In this document: one piece after another, positions 47,246-57,251 of the stretch
How the letters are laid out: each line of letters opens with the position of its first letter
Position numbering within the stretch: the stretch's first letter is position 1
Sequence record: PZ445444.1
Reading direction: 5' to 3' (one strand)
Source of the DNA: a phage
DNA length: 64,000 nucleotides
The notes under the pieces: model-generated
The model's database searches: none
Seen by the model: the letters and a program-made list of their open reading frames with translations, nothing else
What the model was told of the DNA's origin: nothing
Made by a program: the position numbers and the translations under genes

Positions 47246-47467
47246 TTAGTAAAACTGAAGAATGTCTTTTAAAGCGAAGTCACGATATTCGCCCTTGTCT
47301 ACATCGAAGGCACGCATCAACCACTGCTCTTCTTTATGATACTCTGTAGAGCCAAACCATAAATTAGGCTCAGTAACGCAGCGATCTGCAACAACACCTT
47401 TCCAGTTACGGTATTTCATCCTGATCAGAACTGAATCGCAAGGATTGAATACCTTTTTCATCCCCAT
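47246..47467 (-). CDS. hypothetical protein
   Basis: 73-aa ORF. Confidence 0.45.
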   Translation of the reverse strand: MGMKKVFNPCDSVLIRMKYRNWKGVVADRCVTEPNLWFGSTEYHKEEQWLMRAFDVDKGEYRDFALKDILQFY

Positions 47468-48011
47468 AGAAATCTCTCTCCTCAGTTTTCTTTATAAACT
47501 CCTGCATGTAGAACTCAATAGCCTCATGCTTGGTGCACTCCGGATTAATGACAAGATTGAGATCTGATTCTGCTCGTGCAATGATCGTAGCTTTAGAGCA
47601 TCTCCTCAAGAACTTTGTCATATCATCTCTGTAGTTTTTGTGGAGCGGGAAGTCGCTGTAGTCTTTCTCCAAATAGTCAGCCATCCGGCGCAACGCCTCT
47701 GATAAACTGCAATCTGTATACTCGTTACAGTATTTCATCCAGTATTTAAGCACATACCCCTCAAAGGTATTAGTGCATTGGGACAAAACACCCCTGCAAC
47801 GACCAGTCAGATGGTCATGATCCAAACAAGGCTTACGAAGTGGCTCGCACAAGATAGGATCAAGACCATCCTGCTCCTCTGACAATTCTTTTCGAAAGTT
47901 GGCTATGTCCTTAGAATCTTTTAACCACCCGTTATGAACGGGGGCTTTGACAGCTTTCTTTCTTATTTTACGCTTTGCGATAATCCCTCCAGATGCGCCC
48001 TGCCTATCCAA
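47406..48011 (-). CDS. recombination endonuclease VII-like nuclease
   Basis: 201 aa; Endo VII signature CLDHDHLTGRCRGVLSQCTN. Confidence 0.7.
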   Translation of the reverse strand: MDRQGASGGIIAKRKIRKKAVKAPVHNGWLKDSKDIANFRKELSEEQDGLDPILCEPLRKPCLDHDHLTGRCRGVLSQCTNTFEGYVLKYWMKYCNEYTDCSLSEALRRMADYLEKDYSDFPLHKNYRDDMTKFLRRCSKATIIARAESDLNLVINPECTKHEAIEFYMQEFIKKTEERDFYGDEKGIQSLRFSSDQDEIP

Positions 48012-48592
48012 TAAGCATCTGCGAGATCGGCCTTACCTTGTACCAAATTGATCCCATCTAGGAACCCAGGTTCAGATACTTCGCAGGCCTTAACCATCAA
48101 CTTTTTATCCATCGTAACAGGTTTCTTCACAGTATGCTCTTTACCTGTCTTTTTGTCAAGCTTTTTCTTCTCCTCGAAAGCAAGTTCCTCAGGAAGATGA
48201 CCACGAGCAAACTTTTTGGCAGTTGTTGGTGTCACTGTGTGGACCTTAAACAGGCCGTCATTTTCACAATCAGCTAAGGCATCCCAAAGCATAACTTCAA
48301 GACCGTAAAACAACCCAGCCAGTTCACGTGTGGCATCCCCGCGTGATCCAAAGGAAAGCCCTTCCATAACTACAGTGTCAACGCCGTGCGTGTGGATATA
48401 ATATCTGACCTGTTTGCAGATCCAGTCAATACGCTCAGCAGCTGTTGCAAAAGAAACCGTCCCTGGTTTCTTCTCTTTTGCAGATGAGCTTTGAGTTCGT
48501 AACACAACCTTATGAACAGGCTTTCCATCGTCCCATACAACGCAAGCTGTGTGTGTCAACGACTGGTCTATGGATAATAGACGCTCTCTCAT
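47963..48592 (-). CDS. RuvC-like Holliday junction resolvase
   Basis: 209 aa; N-terminal LSIDQSLTHTAC and C-terminal DAYWIGRAH patterns typical of RuvC-fold resolvases. Confidence 0.55.
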   Translation of the reverse strand: MRERLLSIDQSLTHTACVVWDDGKPVHKVVLRTQSSSAKEKKPGTVSFATAAERIDWICKQVRYYIHTHGVDTVVMEGLSFGSRGDATRELAGLFYGLEVMLWDALADCENDGLFKVHTVTPTTAKKFARGHLPEELAFEEKKKLDKKTGKEHTVKKPVTMDKKLMVKACEVSEPGFLDGINLVQGKADLADAYWIGRAHLEGLSQSVK

Positions 48593-48924
48593 GCTTCCTC
48601 ATCCTCCTCTCCTTCATCAGGAGCATAAGCCTTATCTTTGAACAATACGAGAGAGCAAAGCTTAACATCTGTTTCCACACTGGTGAACATGCATAACCGC
48701 TCGCCCTCAATCAGCTCACAATCCTCTTTTAAAACAGCAGACCATACACGGTCATCTGCGTAATCATCCGTGTACAGGATGTATGAAATGGTGTCATCTT
48801 CATACAACCGCCACATACCTGTGGCAACAACGAATGTATTTTTTGTTTTAAGTGTCCCTGTTGTGTGATCATCCTCAAAAACAGCTTCCATAATTGCGTT
48901 ATCTACAGAATTTTTAGTCATCAA
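48589..48924 (-). CDS. hypothetical protein
   Basis: 111-aa ORF. Confidence 0.5.
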   Translation of the reverse strand: MMTKNSVDNAIMEAVFEDDHTTGTLKTKNTFVVATGMWRLYEDDTISYILYTDDYADDRVWSAVLKEDCELIEGERLCMFTSVETDVKLCSLVLFKDKAYAPDEGEEDEEA

Positions 48925-50060
48925 ATTGCTCCAACATTTCTAAGAACGTTAACAAGTTTTGTTTGATCATTGAATGTTCGCTTCATATACAAACAGTCAA
49001 AAATTATACTCATCCATTGACCTACGGAGATTCTACGATCAATACCATTGAAGTCAGTATACTTAACAACACCTTTCGGGAACCACTTCTTGTACTGATC
49101 AATAATAGCCACCCACATCTCCTTTGGAGTGCTGCACTGAGACAGTAGGTAGAATGCTGAGGCATCTCCGAACTTACCCTTACCGATAAGTCCTTGATAC
49201 GGCTTGATGTTGTCAGCAGAGTCACCACACAGCATTTGGTATCCGAAGAACAGCATTCCGTAACCACCAACCTCTCCATTAGGCTTCATGAAGATGTTCC
49301 CCATACCGTTATCGATCAGCATAGGGGTTTCCCTTACAAAATCTCCCTTATCGTTTCGCATGGGATCGAACACAAGCCCCGGTAGTGTTCTTTGGTCCTT
49401 ATCAATAGAGATAATAAACTTGTTGAACTTACCTGTTTTTTGGTAGTGGTTCCAACCTTCAAATTGCTGGATAGCTAACCAGTCATCAGCCTCGATACCG
49501 TTGATCACTTGAGCATTATACTGCTTTTGGAGATACTGTCTTGCATCTCCAAGCAGCAGTGGTCGAAGAGTATTGTTACGGTTGGCTTTGTATCTTTCCG
49601 GCATTGGAAGATCTAGTCTGAAGTTACCTGTGCCTCCCAACACCCCGACACATCGCTCTTCCGGAATACCAAGATAGTTAAGAACTGCATTTGCCTTACA
49701 TTTTATTGTGTGCAAGCAGTTCTCTACAGGGTCAGGTGTTTGGATATCCAAGACATCAAAATCTTCACGTGTCCACGGAATAAACTCCTTACCAGACTTT
49801 TTACATGCGGCTTCACGGTTGGTATTCTCAGCTTTTAGCCAACCACCAACGGTGTTCTTCTGCCGCCCCCAGAACTCTGTTCGTGTTTTAAACATCTTCT
49901 TACGTCCGGAGGCTTTGTGTGTTACCTCAATTGTCCTTTTTTCACAACTTGCTGCAGCTTGATATGCAACCTGATCGAAGTCATAATAAACTATAGCGTC
50001 AGGTTCAAGAAGATCAGCCAGACAATCTATGGACTCAATAAGTGGATATTCTCTACTCAA
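48921..50060 (-). CDS. 5'-3' exonuclease / flap endonuclease (RNase H-like)
   Basis: 379 aa; GIEADDWLA motif and H3TH-like GDSADNIKPYQG. Confidence 0.75.
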   Translation of the reverse strand: MSREYPLIESIDCLADLLEPDAIVYYDFDQVAYQAAASCEKRTIEVTHKASGRKKMFKTRTEFWGRQKNTVGGWLKAENTNREAACKKSGKEFIPWTREDFDVLDIQTPDPVENCLHTIKCKANAVLNYLGIPEERCVGVLGGTGNFRLDLPMPERYKANRNNTLRPLLLGDARQYLQKQYNAQVINGIEADDWLAIQQFEGWNHYQKTGKFNKFIISIDKDQRTLPGLVFDPMRNDKGDFVRETPMLIDNGMGNIFMKPNGEVGGYGMLFFGYQMLCGDSADNIKPYQGLIGKGKFGDASAFYLLSQCSTPKEMWVAIIDQYKKWFPKGVVKYTDFNGIDRRISVGQWMSIIFDCLYMKRTFNDQTKLVNVLRNVGAI

Positions 50061-50361
50061 AGACCCTCCTGTTAGTTATTCTGCAAGATGGTTGGATGCT
50101 GTAATGGAATGCATCATCACTCTCTGCAATAAGTGACTCAACATCCCAATACTTTTCAAAAAGGAACGGATTAGACCCCCAGTGGTGGGTTATTTTCATC
50201 AAGGAGTCTGGTATCATATAACCACAGATCTTAATTACATCGCCAGGTTGAATTGTGTTTTCATGAAGGTTGCTTGCCTTCTTCAGAATCATACCTTTAT
50301 GATTCTCGTTTGCATACAACTGGACAATATCTTTATCTTCAACAATAAAAATTTTAAGCAT
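50053..50361 (-). CDS. hypothetical protein
   Basis: 102-aa ORF. Confidence 0.5.
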   Translation of the reverse strand: MLKIFIVEDKDIVQLYANENHKGMILKKASNLHENTIQPGDVIKICGYMIPDSLMKITHHWGSNPFLFEKYWDVESLIAESDDAFHYSIQPSCRITNRRVFE

Positions 50362-50420
50362 ACCTAGTTCTCCTAGTTTATAGATATCTGACCGATAATA
50401 TCAGATTAATAACACTTTTG

Positions 50421-50714
50421 TCAAGACTTTTTAGTCTTTCTTGGAGAGCTTTTTGTTGATCTTTTCCTTTTGTGGTAGATTCCAAGTGCAGCGTTTTCTT
50501 GGGCGCACGTTTTAACAGTTCTCAGACAAGAGCTTTCAGCTTTAGGCAGGTTTAACTCCCACCAACCAAGCCAGTAAAGTTCTGATTCAGACAACTGCTC
50601 AGATTCAGCCTTCCGATACAAGGCTTGCATACCCCTGATGATATCGTCCAGAGGTGTATCGAATACAAAAGCTGTCTTATCGAATTTCTCTTTTACAGAT
50701 CTCTTAGCCATCAA
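50421..50714 (-). CDS. hypothetical protein with basic C-terminus
   Basis: 97-aa ORF. Confidence 0.45.
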   Translation of the reverse strand: MMAKRSVKEKFDKTAFVFDTPLDDIIRGMQALYRKAESEQLSESELYWLGWWELNLPKAESSCLRTVKTCAQENAALGIYHKRKRSTKSSPRKTKKS

Positions 50715-51168
50715 GGTAACCCTCTATCCACGAAAAGTCAGTCTTCCATTCTGGAACTTTACTAAGCTCGCGCCACTCTGCAAAGCAGTCTCGGTAATAC
50801 GCCTCTGCCATACCTCTGGTGATCTTATTCACCTTAGCCAACTGATTAACTGCCTGAGCATACTTTCCACGGATATTTGCTAATCCAGGATGTACCGATG
50901 TGTGACAATCTGGGCACAACGCTATCAGTCCGACAAGCCGGATCACTCCCTCTTCGAAAGTGTAAAGTTCATGACACTCCACTGGATGTTTGCTGCCTTT
51001 ACCGCCGCACACCTCGCAAGTGTAGTTTGCCTCTCTGTAGCACTTCTTACGGATCTTATCCCACTCACTCTTCTTCACAGCGTTTCGGAGGTTATTATAC
51101 CAAGCTGTTTCTGGGATCAGTTGCACAATAAGCCTGCGTTCAGACCTCATTAAACGTCCGTCTTCCAC
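50704..51168 (-). CDS. putative HNH endonuclease
   Basis: 154 aa; Cys/His pattern CEVCGG...HPVECHE...CPDCH. Confidence 0.5.
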   Translation of the reverse strand: MEDGRLMRSERRLIVQLIPETAWYNNLRNAVKKSEWDKIRKKCYREANYTCEVCGGKGSKHPVECHELYTFEEGVIRLVGLIALCPDCHTSVHPGLANIRGKYAQAVNQLAKVNKITRGMAEAYYRDCFAEWRELSKVPEWKTDFSWIEGYLDG

Positions 51169-51177
51169 GTATCCCCC

Positions 51178-51384
51178 TTATTCAAAGAAATGGGTGCGAG
51201 GGCAGGAACCTGCCTCGCCTTGTTTCACAAGCTCGTAGAGCTCACCTTGGCTTGTCTCATAAAGGCAAATACGTTTACCATTGTCCCGATATACATCGAC
51301 AAGATACGCTGTTTCACCTGCAAACACTACACCACAGGCCAGACATGCCGCCATGAACAAAATTGCCAACAGAAAATCTTTCAT
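51178..51384 (-). CDS. small putative lipoprotein
   Basis: 68 aa; signal peptide with lipobox-like ...FMAACLAC; two further Cys in the mature part. Confidence 0.5.
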   Translation of the reverse strand: MKDFLLAILFMAACLACGVVFAGETAYLVDVYRDNGKRICLYETSQGELYELVKQGEAGSCPRTHFFE

Positions 51385-51447
51385 GGTTAAACCCTCTCAA
51401 ACATTTTATGAGGTGACAATACCACGTCCGTGTGGTTATGTCAATGA

Positions 51448-51918
51448 TCAATCCAGGGCAACACCGCCTGCCTTTTTAAACACCTCGATCAACTTCTCGA
51501 TCTTCTGTTCATGCTGACCATATCCAGCGCCGGGTAACGAAGCCCAGCGGGAACGGCATTTGCGGATAGCTTCGTGGATACGCCCTTCGTCAATGTCGGC
51601 GAGAGCCTTGCACTCACGGATCAGTTGCAACGCAATCTTGTCCTGACTGGCAGGGCCAAAATCTGGTAATCCTAACTGTTTCATGTAGTGTTTAGCAAAC
51701 TTCTCCAAAACCTGGTAACGACCAGCAGCGGAGGAGGTAAGTTTAGCATTTAGCTTAACGTAAACACCTGGATGCTTGCTGTAATCGCTGAACAGCTTGC
51801 CGCCGACTATGACATCGTACCCCCGATCCTTGGTAGGTTGTCTACCATTATCTGTTCCTTCCGAATATGCGATCATATCCAAGAAAGCTTTTCGTTGAAC
51901 ATTTTTATCAAGTTTCAT
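51448..51918 (-). CDS. lysozyme (lambda R-type lytic transglycosylase endolysin)
   Basis: 156 aa; QRKAFLDMIAYSEGTDNGRQ...GYDVIVGG...RWASLPGAGYGQHE closely parallels my recollection of lambda R. Confidence 0.85.
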   Translation of the reverse strand: MKLDKNVQRKAFLDMIAYSEGTDNGRQPTKDRGYDVIVGGKLFSDYSKHPGVYVKLNAKLTSSAAGRYQVLEKFAKHYMKQLGLPDFGPASQDKIALQLIRECKALADIDEGRIHEAIRKCRSRWASLPGAGYGQHEQKIEKLIEVFKKAGGVALD

Positions 51919-52042
51919 TTTTCATACTCTCCAGTTTGCTCATAACTAACCCGATCAACAACACTGCATAGTGTGGTTATGTAGGTGCCAATTGAAAAAC
52001 CATCATTCAATTGGCTACCGTTACCTACTAAACCATCCTACA

Positions 52043-53326
52043 TCATTCCAGAACCTCCCAAGTGTCTGGGTTAACATTTCGGACGCAGATACCGACAGGG
52101 AATTGGTAGTTGTTGTCTTCTGTCCTTGCTTGATATTTGAAGGTGACAAACTTGCCGATCATTTCCTGCATCCTGTCATAGCTACGCTCCTCGTGCGTGC
52201 CTTTCATCTTCATTTTAACAACAACACCTTCCTTGTCAACACAGATAAGAACACCTTCATCATTCTTATCTTTCTCAACGTCAATAACTTTCACCTCTGC
52301 GTCGTTGAACTTTTTCCATTTCAATGCTTCAGATGTTCGCTGACCATACTCATATTTACCGCAGAAGTTACGCATAATGGTACCTTCATATCCTTCAGAC
52401 ATAAATATACCAACAGACTCTTCGCACCGATCAACCGTATATGCAAGCTCTGCATCAACAACCTTAATATGATCAAGCATCAAAGAAGTAATAGCACCGT
52501 TTGCCTCCATAAGATCCTTACAGCGACCAGACTCTGTTTCAGGATCCCACCACACCTTATCGCTAGGGATATCGAAAATATGATACTCTAGGTCGTAGCT
52601 GCAGTACCCTCCGTAACGCAAATCATCACGAACAGGATCAACATCAACAGGAATATCCATCTTGTTGAAGTTTTTGTATGTTGCTAAACCTGCCTTAATC
52701 GCAGCCTGACGGCGTTTTTTATCTGCCTCGTAGTCTTTATCGATCTCGGCCTGAATTTCTTCCTGTGTGCGCCACCGTTTAGCAAGAGACACTATTTTCT
52801 GCAGAGGCAGACCATGAATATAGAGCTCTCCGTCGAGCTGTTTAATCCCGGTGGTTAGGTGGAAAGAGCGAAGTTGCTCCAGAAGCTTTCCTTGAATAGG
52901 GTAGGATTTATTACCACGGGAAATAAATTTAGGCTCACCATTCTGGAAAACAACAAGTAGACGAAGGCCATCTAACTTACGCAAGATCCAGCAAGGTAAT
53001 TTAAGTGCCTTGCCACGCTTCAGGTAGTCATGCACTAACATTGGTAAAAGATCAACACCTTGCTCACAATCTTCCATACTCTCCACGTACCCTAGTCGGA
53101 CCTGTTTTTCCCACTTACTGATCGCTTCCAGCTCGGCCTGTTGCTCAGCTGTAGTCTCATTGGCGCGACCCACGTTCTTAGGTGTGCAGATCGTCTCTTT
53201 GTATTGCAGTTTACCATCAAGCTTGCCAAACTCTACGATAACCTTATCACCATCCGTGAATACTTTCCACTGTTGGTAGCTGCCATCTTTGTTCAGTGCG
53301 TACAGTGTTGTTTTGATTTGATGCAT
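52043..53326 (-). CDS. ATP-dependent DNA ligase
   Basis: 427 aa; motif I KLDGLR, LDGELYIHG (cf. T7 ligase LDGELMVKG as I recall it), EGYEGTIMR, LKWKKF. Confidence 0.75.
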   Translation of the reverse strand: MHQIKTTLYALNKDGSYQQWKVFTDGDKVIVEFGKLDGKLQYKETICTPKNVGRANETTAEQQAELEAISKWEKQVRLGYVESMEDCEQGVDLLPMLVHDYLKRGKALKLPCWILRKLDGLRLLVVFQNGEPKFISRGNKSYPIQGKLLEQLRSFHLTTGIKQLDGELYIHGLPLQKIVSLAKRWRTQEEIQAEIDKDYEADKKRRQAAIKAGLATYKNFNKMDIPVDVDPVRDDLRYGGYCSYDLEYHIFDIPSDKVWWDPETESGRCKDLMEANGAITSLMLDHIKVVDAELAYTVDRCEESVGIFMSEGYEGTIMRNFCGKYEYGQRTSEALKWKKFNDAEVKVIDVEKDKNDEGVLICVDKEGVVVKMKMKGTHEERSYDRMQEMIGKFVTFKYQARTEDNNYQFPVGICVRNVNPDTWEVLE

Positions 53327-53595
53327 TACTCTACCTCTTCCTTAAAAATTTTAAACATCTCTTCTTTACTCATTACCAACCAGTCCCCCATAAAATCAAC
53401 AAGCCAATCACCCTGGTGCAAGACTAGGTTACCAAACGGCTCTACAAGCTCACACATACGACGAAGATCTCTGGTCCGAACAGGTGACGATGTAAACACA
53501 CCTGTATCAATCCACCGTTGCAGATCAGATACTGATGAAGAGCTTCCGTCAAACTGGTGTGCTTCTACAGGTTTAGCAAGATTAAATAACGGCAT
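53326..53595 (-). CDS. hypothetical protein
   Basis: 89-aa ORF. Confidence 0.5.
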   Translation of the reverse strand: MPLFNLAKPVEAHQFDGSSSSVSDLQRWIDTGVFTSSPVRTRDLRRMCELVEPFGNLVLHQGDWLVDFMGDWLVMSKEEMFKIFKEEVE

Positions 53596-53920
53596 TGCAG
53601 TCCTCCTTATCTAATAGGTCTTTTATCGGGTAAACAAGCAGATGTGGATCGTAATAATTTATAGTTTTATTCTGCCACACTATGAACTTAATTACAACTA
53701 AATTTACCACATCTTTATCTCCATGTAGTCCAACACACAGATTTGTCCATATTTTGTGGTTGAATACTTTGCTGTCGATGTAGATCTTAGTGTCAAACTT
53801 ATCCTCTATCCTGCCTATGAGTTTAACCAACTCTTTCATCTGATCCCCAAACACAGCATCGTTTTCAAGATCTCTAGAGTGCTTGTACATAACTATCTGC
53901 CTCACTTGCATACTTTCCAC
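53582..53920 (-). CDS. hypothetical protein
   Basis: 112-aa ORF. Confidence 0.5.
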   Translation of the reverse strand: MESMQVRQIVMYKHSRDLENDAVFGDQMKELVKLIGRIEDKFDTKIYIDSKVFNHKIWTNLCVGLHGDKDVVNLVVIKFIVWQNKTINYYDPHLLVYPIKDLLDKEDCNAVI

Positions 53921-53953
53921 AACAAGTAAAGCCGGGTAATCCCGGCTATGTTG

Positions 53954-54667
53954 TTAAATATACTCTGTTACATCCTTGAAGCTCGAAGGCTTCATGATCT
54001 TACCTTTACTGTCAAGGAATATGATAACTTTATTACCGTTGTAGAATTCTTCCTTAGCAACAAAACCTTCATATCGACCATCAAAGCGTCGCTCAAGATC
54101 TTTAATCTCCAACTCGATGAGTTGTTCAGCAGGCATATCTGCACTGGCACCGTGTGAATACCGTAGATGGTTGACCCGTGCAAACTTGCTGTCATTCGAT
54201 TTGAGAACCTTACGCATCATCCCGCACACATCGCCGCGAAGCTGGAACAGCAAAGCTGTTGACAACTCTGCTAAGCGGTAAGCGGATGCTCTTTGCCTAG
54301 AGGTGTTTTTCGCAGCGATCAGTGTATCATAGAACTCACCGATCTTGAACTTAAGACCTCGTGGATTATCAAACAGGTTTGACCACTTTTCGTGATTGTC
54401 ATTAACAAGATAAGCGGCATAACTTGTGACAACGTGAAGATCGCAGGCCTCTTTTAGCAGGTGATCTCCACCATCCCCTTTTTCCAGCTCTTCCAAAACT
54501 TCATTGAACTCTTCCTCAATGAAGCTAAGCTGTAATTCGAACGGTGTGTATGATTTTTTCACTTTAGCTGCCACACGGTTCCAGTTTTCCACCCAGTTGG
54601 CAGACCAAAGGTAGTTTTCAGGTTGGGACAGTTTTTCCAGGTTGTCAATTAATTTAGTATTCAGCAT
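53954..54667 (-). CDS. hypothetical protein, possibly MazG-like NTP pyrophosphohydrolase domain
   Basis: 237 aa; E-rich helix IEEEFNEVLEELEKGD...LLKEACDLHVV; weak. Confidence 0.3.
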   Translation of the reverse strand: MLNTKLIDNLEKLSQPENYLWSANWVENWNRVAAKVKKSYTPFELQLSFIEEEFNEVLEELEKGDGGDHLLKEACDLHVVTSYAAYLVNDNHEKWSNLFDNPRGLKFKIGEFYDTLIAAKNTSRQRASAYRLAELSTALLFQLRGDVCGMMRKVLKSNDSKFARVNHLRYSHGASADMPAEQLIELEIKDLERRFDGRYEGFVAKEEFYNGNKVIIFLDSKGKIMKPSSFKDVTEYI

Positions 54668-54680
54668 TAAAGGTCTCCTT

Positions 54681-55442
54681 TTAAAGTTCCATAAAGTTTT
54701 CTACGGTCTCAATGAATGTTTTATCAGAGAAGGCATCAACCGCACCGTTAAACCAAACTGGGATGCCGCGATCCTCATACTGGTAAATATCACTACGTGA
54801 AATGCCATTCTCCTCTAGATGCTGTGAGTCGTATTTATTAACGATCAGTAGTTTGGTTCCCTTATTGCAGGCAGGGAATAGCTCCCAGTTAAAATTGATA
54901 ACTGTGTTGGAACACCCTACAAGGATAACCATATCATTGCTTGTAAGAGAAGTCAACAGGTCATACATGTCTGTATACTTCGGAGCTACTTCTCCGAAGA
55001 ACACCACATTAGGTTTAACCCAGGTATACTTTCCTGCATCTACCTCAGAGTATCCAATGTCCTTAATGACGTCACTTCCTTCATCGTCCTCATAGACTAT
55101 TTCTGGCAAATACCCGTGAACATGTAAAATATCTTCATGTTTTACACCCGCACGCTCCAGCAAATCATCTACATTGGTGGTAAGGTTGATCACACGACCA
55201 GACCAGCGGGAATACCACTCAGCGATCCGAAGATGTGCAAGGTTAGGCTCAACACCGCCTAGAGCTACACGACGTGCATTGTAAAAGTCATGCACCTTGT
55301 AGTAGTTCTTGGCAAAGGTGTGGATGTTGCACACCTCATCGATGCTGAAATTCTCCCACATTGCAGTGCTACCAGATCGGAAAGTGGGAATACCAGATTC
55401 AGCGCTCAAACCAGCACCGGAGATAATAATCAGTCGTCGCAT
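54681..55442 (-). CDS. Sir2-family NAD-dependent deacylase / ADP-ribosyltransferase-like
   Basis: 253 aa; GAGLSAESGIPTFR NAD-binding motif, catalytic HG. Confidence 0.8.
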   Translation of the reverse strand: MRRLIIISGAGLSAESGIPTFRSGSTAMWENFSIDEVCNIHTFAKNYYKVHDFYNARRVALGGVEPNLAHLRIAEWYSRWSGRVINLTTNVDDLLERAGVKHEDILHVHGYLPEIVYEDDEGSDVIKDIGYSEVDAGKYTWVKPNVVFFGEVAPKYTDMYDLLTSLTSNDMVILVGCSNTVINFNWELFPACNKGTKLLIVNKYDSQHLEENGISRSDIYQYEDRGIPVWFNGAVDAFSDKTFIETVENFMEL

Positions 55443-55450
55443 AAGTGTCC

Positions 55451-55801
55451 TCAGTAGATGTTTTGTTTAATCTCTATTCCAAACTTTTTAAACGAGTCAG
55501 CTGCAAGCATGAATTTACGAGCCGCTGATGGGTTAGAAGTATGCACGAAAATCTTCACGTTGTCAACTACAGGGGGCTTACCAAATACAAATTTTTCCTC
55601 CAACATAGATAGGCAATCGTACCCTTCGAACACCTCTCCAAGGTCGTTGTCCATGTGCCACTCAGAAACGCGTCTGTAGAGCTTTCCCCTATCGTTAATA
55701 AAATCTATAAACTCGGAGGAATTCTTTAGCCAAATAGCGTCTGGGAGCCCATAATTTGACGGATCTCTCAAGTCATCCAGCCACACAATCAACTTCTTCA
55801 T
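55451..55801 (-). CDS. hypothetical protein
   Basis: 116-aa ORF between Sir2 and RNA ligase. Confidence 0.5.
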   Translation of the reverse strand: MKKLIVWLDDLRDPSNYGLPDAIWLKNSSEFIDFINDRGKLYRRVSEWHMDNDLGEVFEGYDCLSMLEEKFVFGKPPVVDNVKIFVHTSNPSAARKFMLAADSFKKFGIEIKQNIY

Positions 55802-56712
55802 TGCATATAGTTCTCGTTGTGGAAATAGTAATCAAGTATCTCACGGCGTTCCTGCTCCAGGAGGCAGTTCCACACATCTTCTGTGTAATTGTTACTAATG
55901 AAGTTTACCATGCCGTAAAACTCTTCGTCAACACGTTTAAAGATATCATCATCCCAAATCTTCCAAGCTTTACCCCTCATTACGGCCTTCCGTGCCAGGT
56001 AGTATGGAGACTTGATCTTCAGCTGCAGGTCATAAGGGTAGTAAGGCTTACGGATCATATACCCTTCGCCCCTTGTTTCTGCGGCTAATTCTTTTGCATA
56101 GCTGAACGGGATTTCACGCACAGTGTGAGGACGTTTTGCACCAAGGTATTTGGCAATCCCATCTAAAGCTGCTTCTGGTAGCATTATTCCAGAATCATTA
56201 TATCTGCAACCTATCAAATATGCGCCATGGTCTTCTTGAACAATATGCGGATCTGAAGGGTGACAAATTTCAAACATGAATGTCATGTTTTCATTGCCCA
56301 TAACCTTCTTGATAAGATCTAAATTACCACATTGCTCTTGGATGGTTTCCTTTGCAAGGTTACAATATGGAGAATCAAGAGACCCGGTTGTTGAGAACAA
56401 TAGGTCACCTTTATGAGATGATACCACACCAAGGAATCCGTTCTTTTTCTCTACCGCAGTCACAAGCTTATTGTCAGGCAGGTTGGTGGAGTTTTCTCCC
56501 AAGTTAAACACTTTTGTGAAGGGCCATGCCACAACATTTCCTTCATTACCTACAACAATGCCTCGGCACTCCAGTAAACGAGGGGACAAATGCCATAAAT
56601 TGTTGTAAAATACTTTTCTAGCATATTTATAGATCTTTAACCCGAGATCTGGGTAATACCTACTGGTTACAAGACCTTTGTCAACTAGGTCGTCTGCATT
56701 AAAATACTTCAT
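55798..56712 (-). CDS. RNA ligase-like nucleotidyltransferase
   Basis: about 304 aa from ATG with GAGG RBS (track start 56733 also possible); motif I-like KKNGF, motif IV EGYMIRK, motif V LKIKSP. Confidence 0.65.
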   Translation of the reverse strand: MKYFNADDLVDKGLVTSRYYPDLGLKIYKYARKVFYNNLWHLSPRLLECRGIVVGNEGNVVAWPFTKVFNLGENSTNLPDNKLVTAVEKKNGFLGVVSSHKGDLLFSTTGSLDSPYCNLAKETIQEQCGNLDLIKKVMGNENMTFMFEICHPSDPHIVQEDHGAYLIGCRYNDSGIMLPEAALDGIAKYLGAKRPHTVREIPFSYAKELAAETRGEGYMIRKPYYPYDLQLKIKSPYYLARKAVMRGKAWKIWDDDIFKRVDEEFYGMVNFISNNYTEDVWNCLLEQERREILDYYFHNENYMQ

Positions 56713-56776
56713 TATATGTTCCTCATTTATCATTTTGTCAGTCTATCCTGCCACACAAATAACCTAGTGTCAACAC

Positions 56777-56805
56777 TTGAAATTAACAAAACAGTTAGGT
56801 ATACT
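56777..56805 (+). promoter_or_regulatory. sigma70-like promoter in divergent intergenic region
   Basis: TTGAAA, 17 nt, TATACT upstream of the kinase gene. Confidence 0.45.
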
Positions 56806-56833
56806 ACCGTTGAAATTAAAACGGAGGGTCACT

Positions 56834-57244
56834 ATGTCTAAAATGCTATATATCGTGCGTGGTCTACCAGGGTCTGGCAAATCAACACTGGCAAATGCGC
56901 TATCTTTAGAGGGTCTGTATCCACATTTTGAGAACGACATGTTCTGGTATGACGATGACGGCAATTACAACTGGGATGCAAGTAAAGTAACACTCGCAGC
57001 AAAATGGTGCAAAGATAACGTAGAAGATATGATGCGTATGGGATACGACCGTATCGTGGTAAGTAATACGTTTACAAAAGAAAAACATGTGCAGGAATAT
57101 GTTGACATGGCAATCAGTCATGGGTATAGTTATACCGTGATCGTGGTTGAAAACCGCCACGGTAATAAAAGCATTCATGATGTTCCAGACAAGGTTGTGG
57201 ATCGTATGGAACGCCAGCTTAAAAACTGCATTAAACTTAAATGA
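56834..57244 (+). CDS. P-loop kinase (polynucleotide-kinase-like)
   Basis: 136 aa from ATG with GGAGGG RBS; Walker A GLPGSGKST near N-terminus. Confidence 0.65.
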   Translation: MSKMLYIVRGLPGSGKSTLANALSLEGLYPHFENDMFWYDDDGNYNWDASKVTLAAKWCKDNVEDMMRMGYDRIVVSNTFTKEKHVQEYVDMAISHGYSYTVIVVENRHGNKSIHDVPDKVVDRMERQLKNCIKLK

Positions 57245-57251
57245 GGAATGT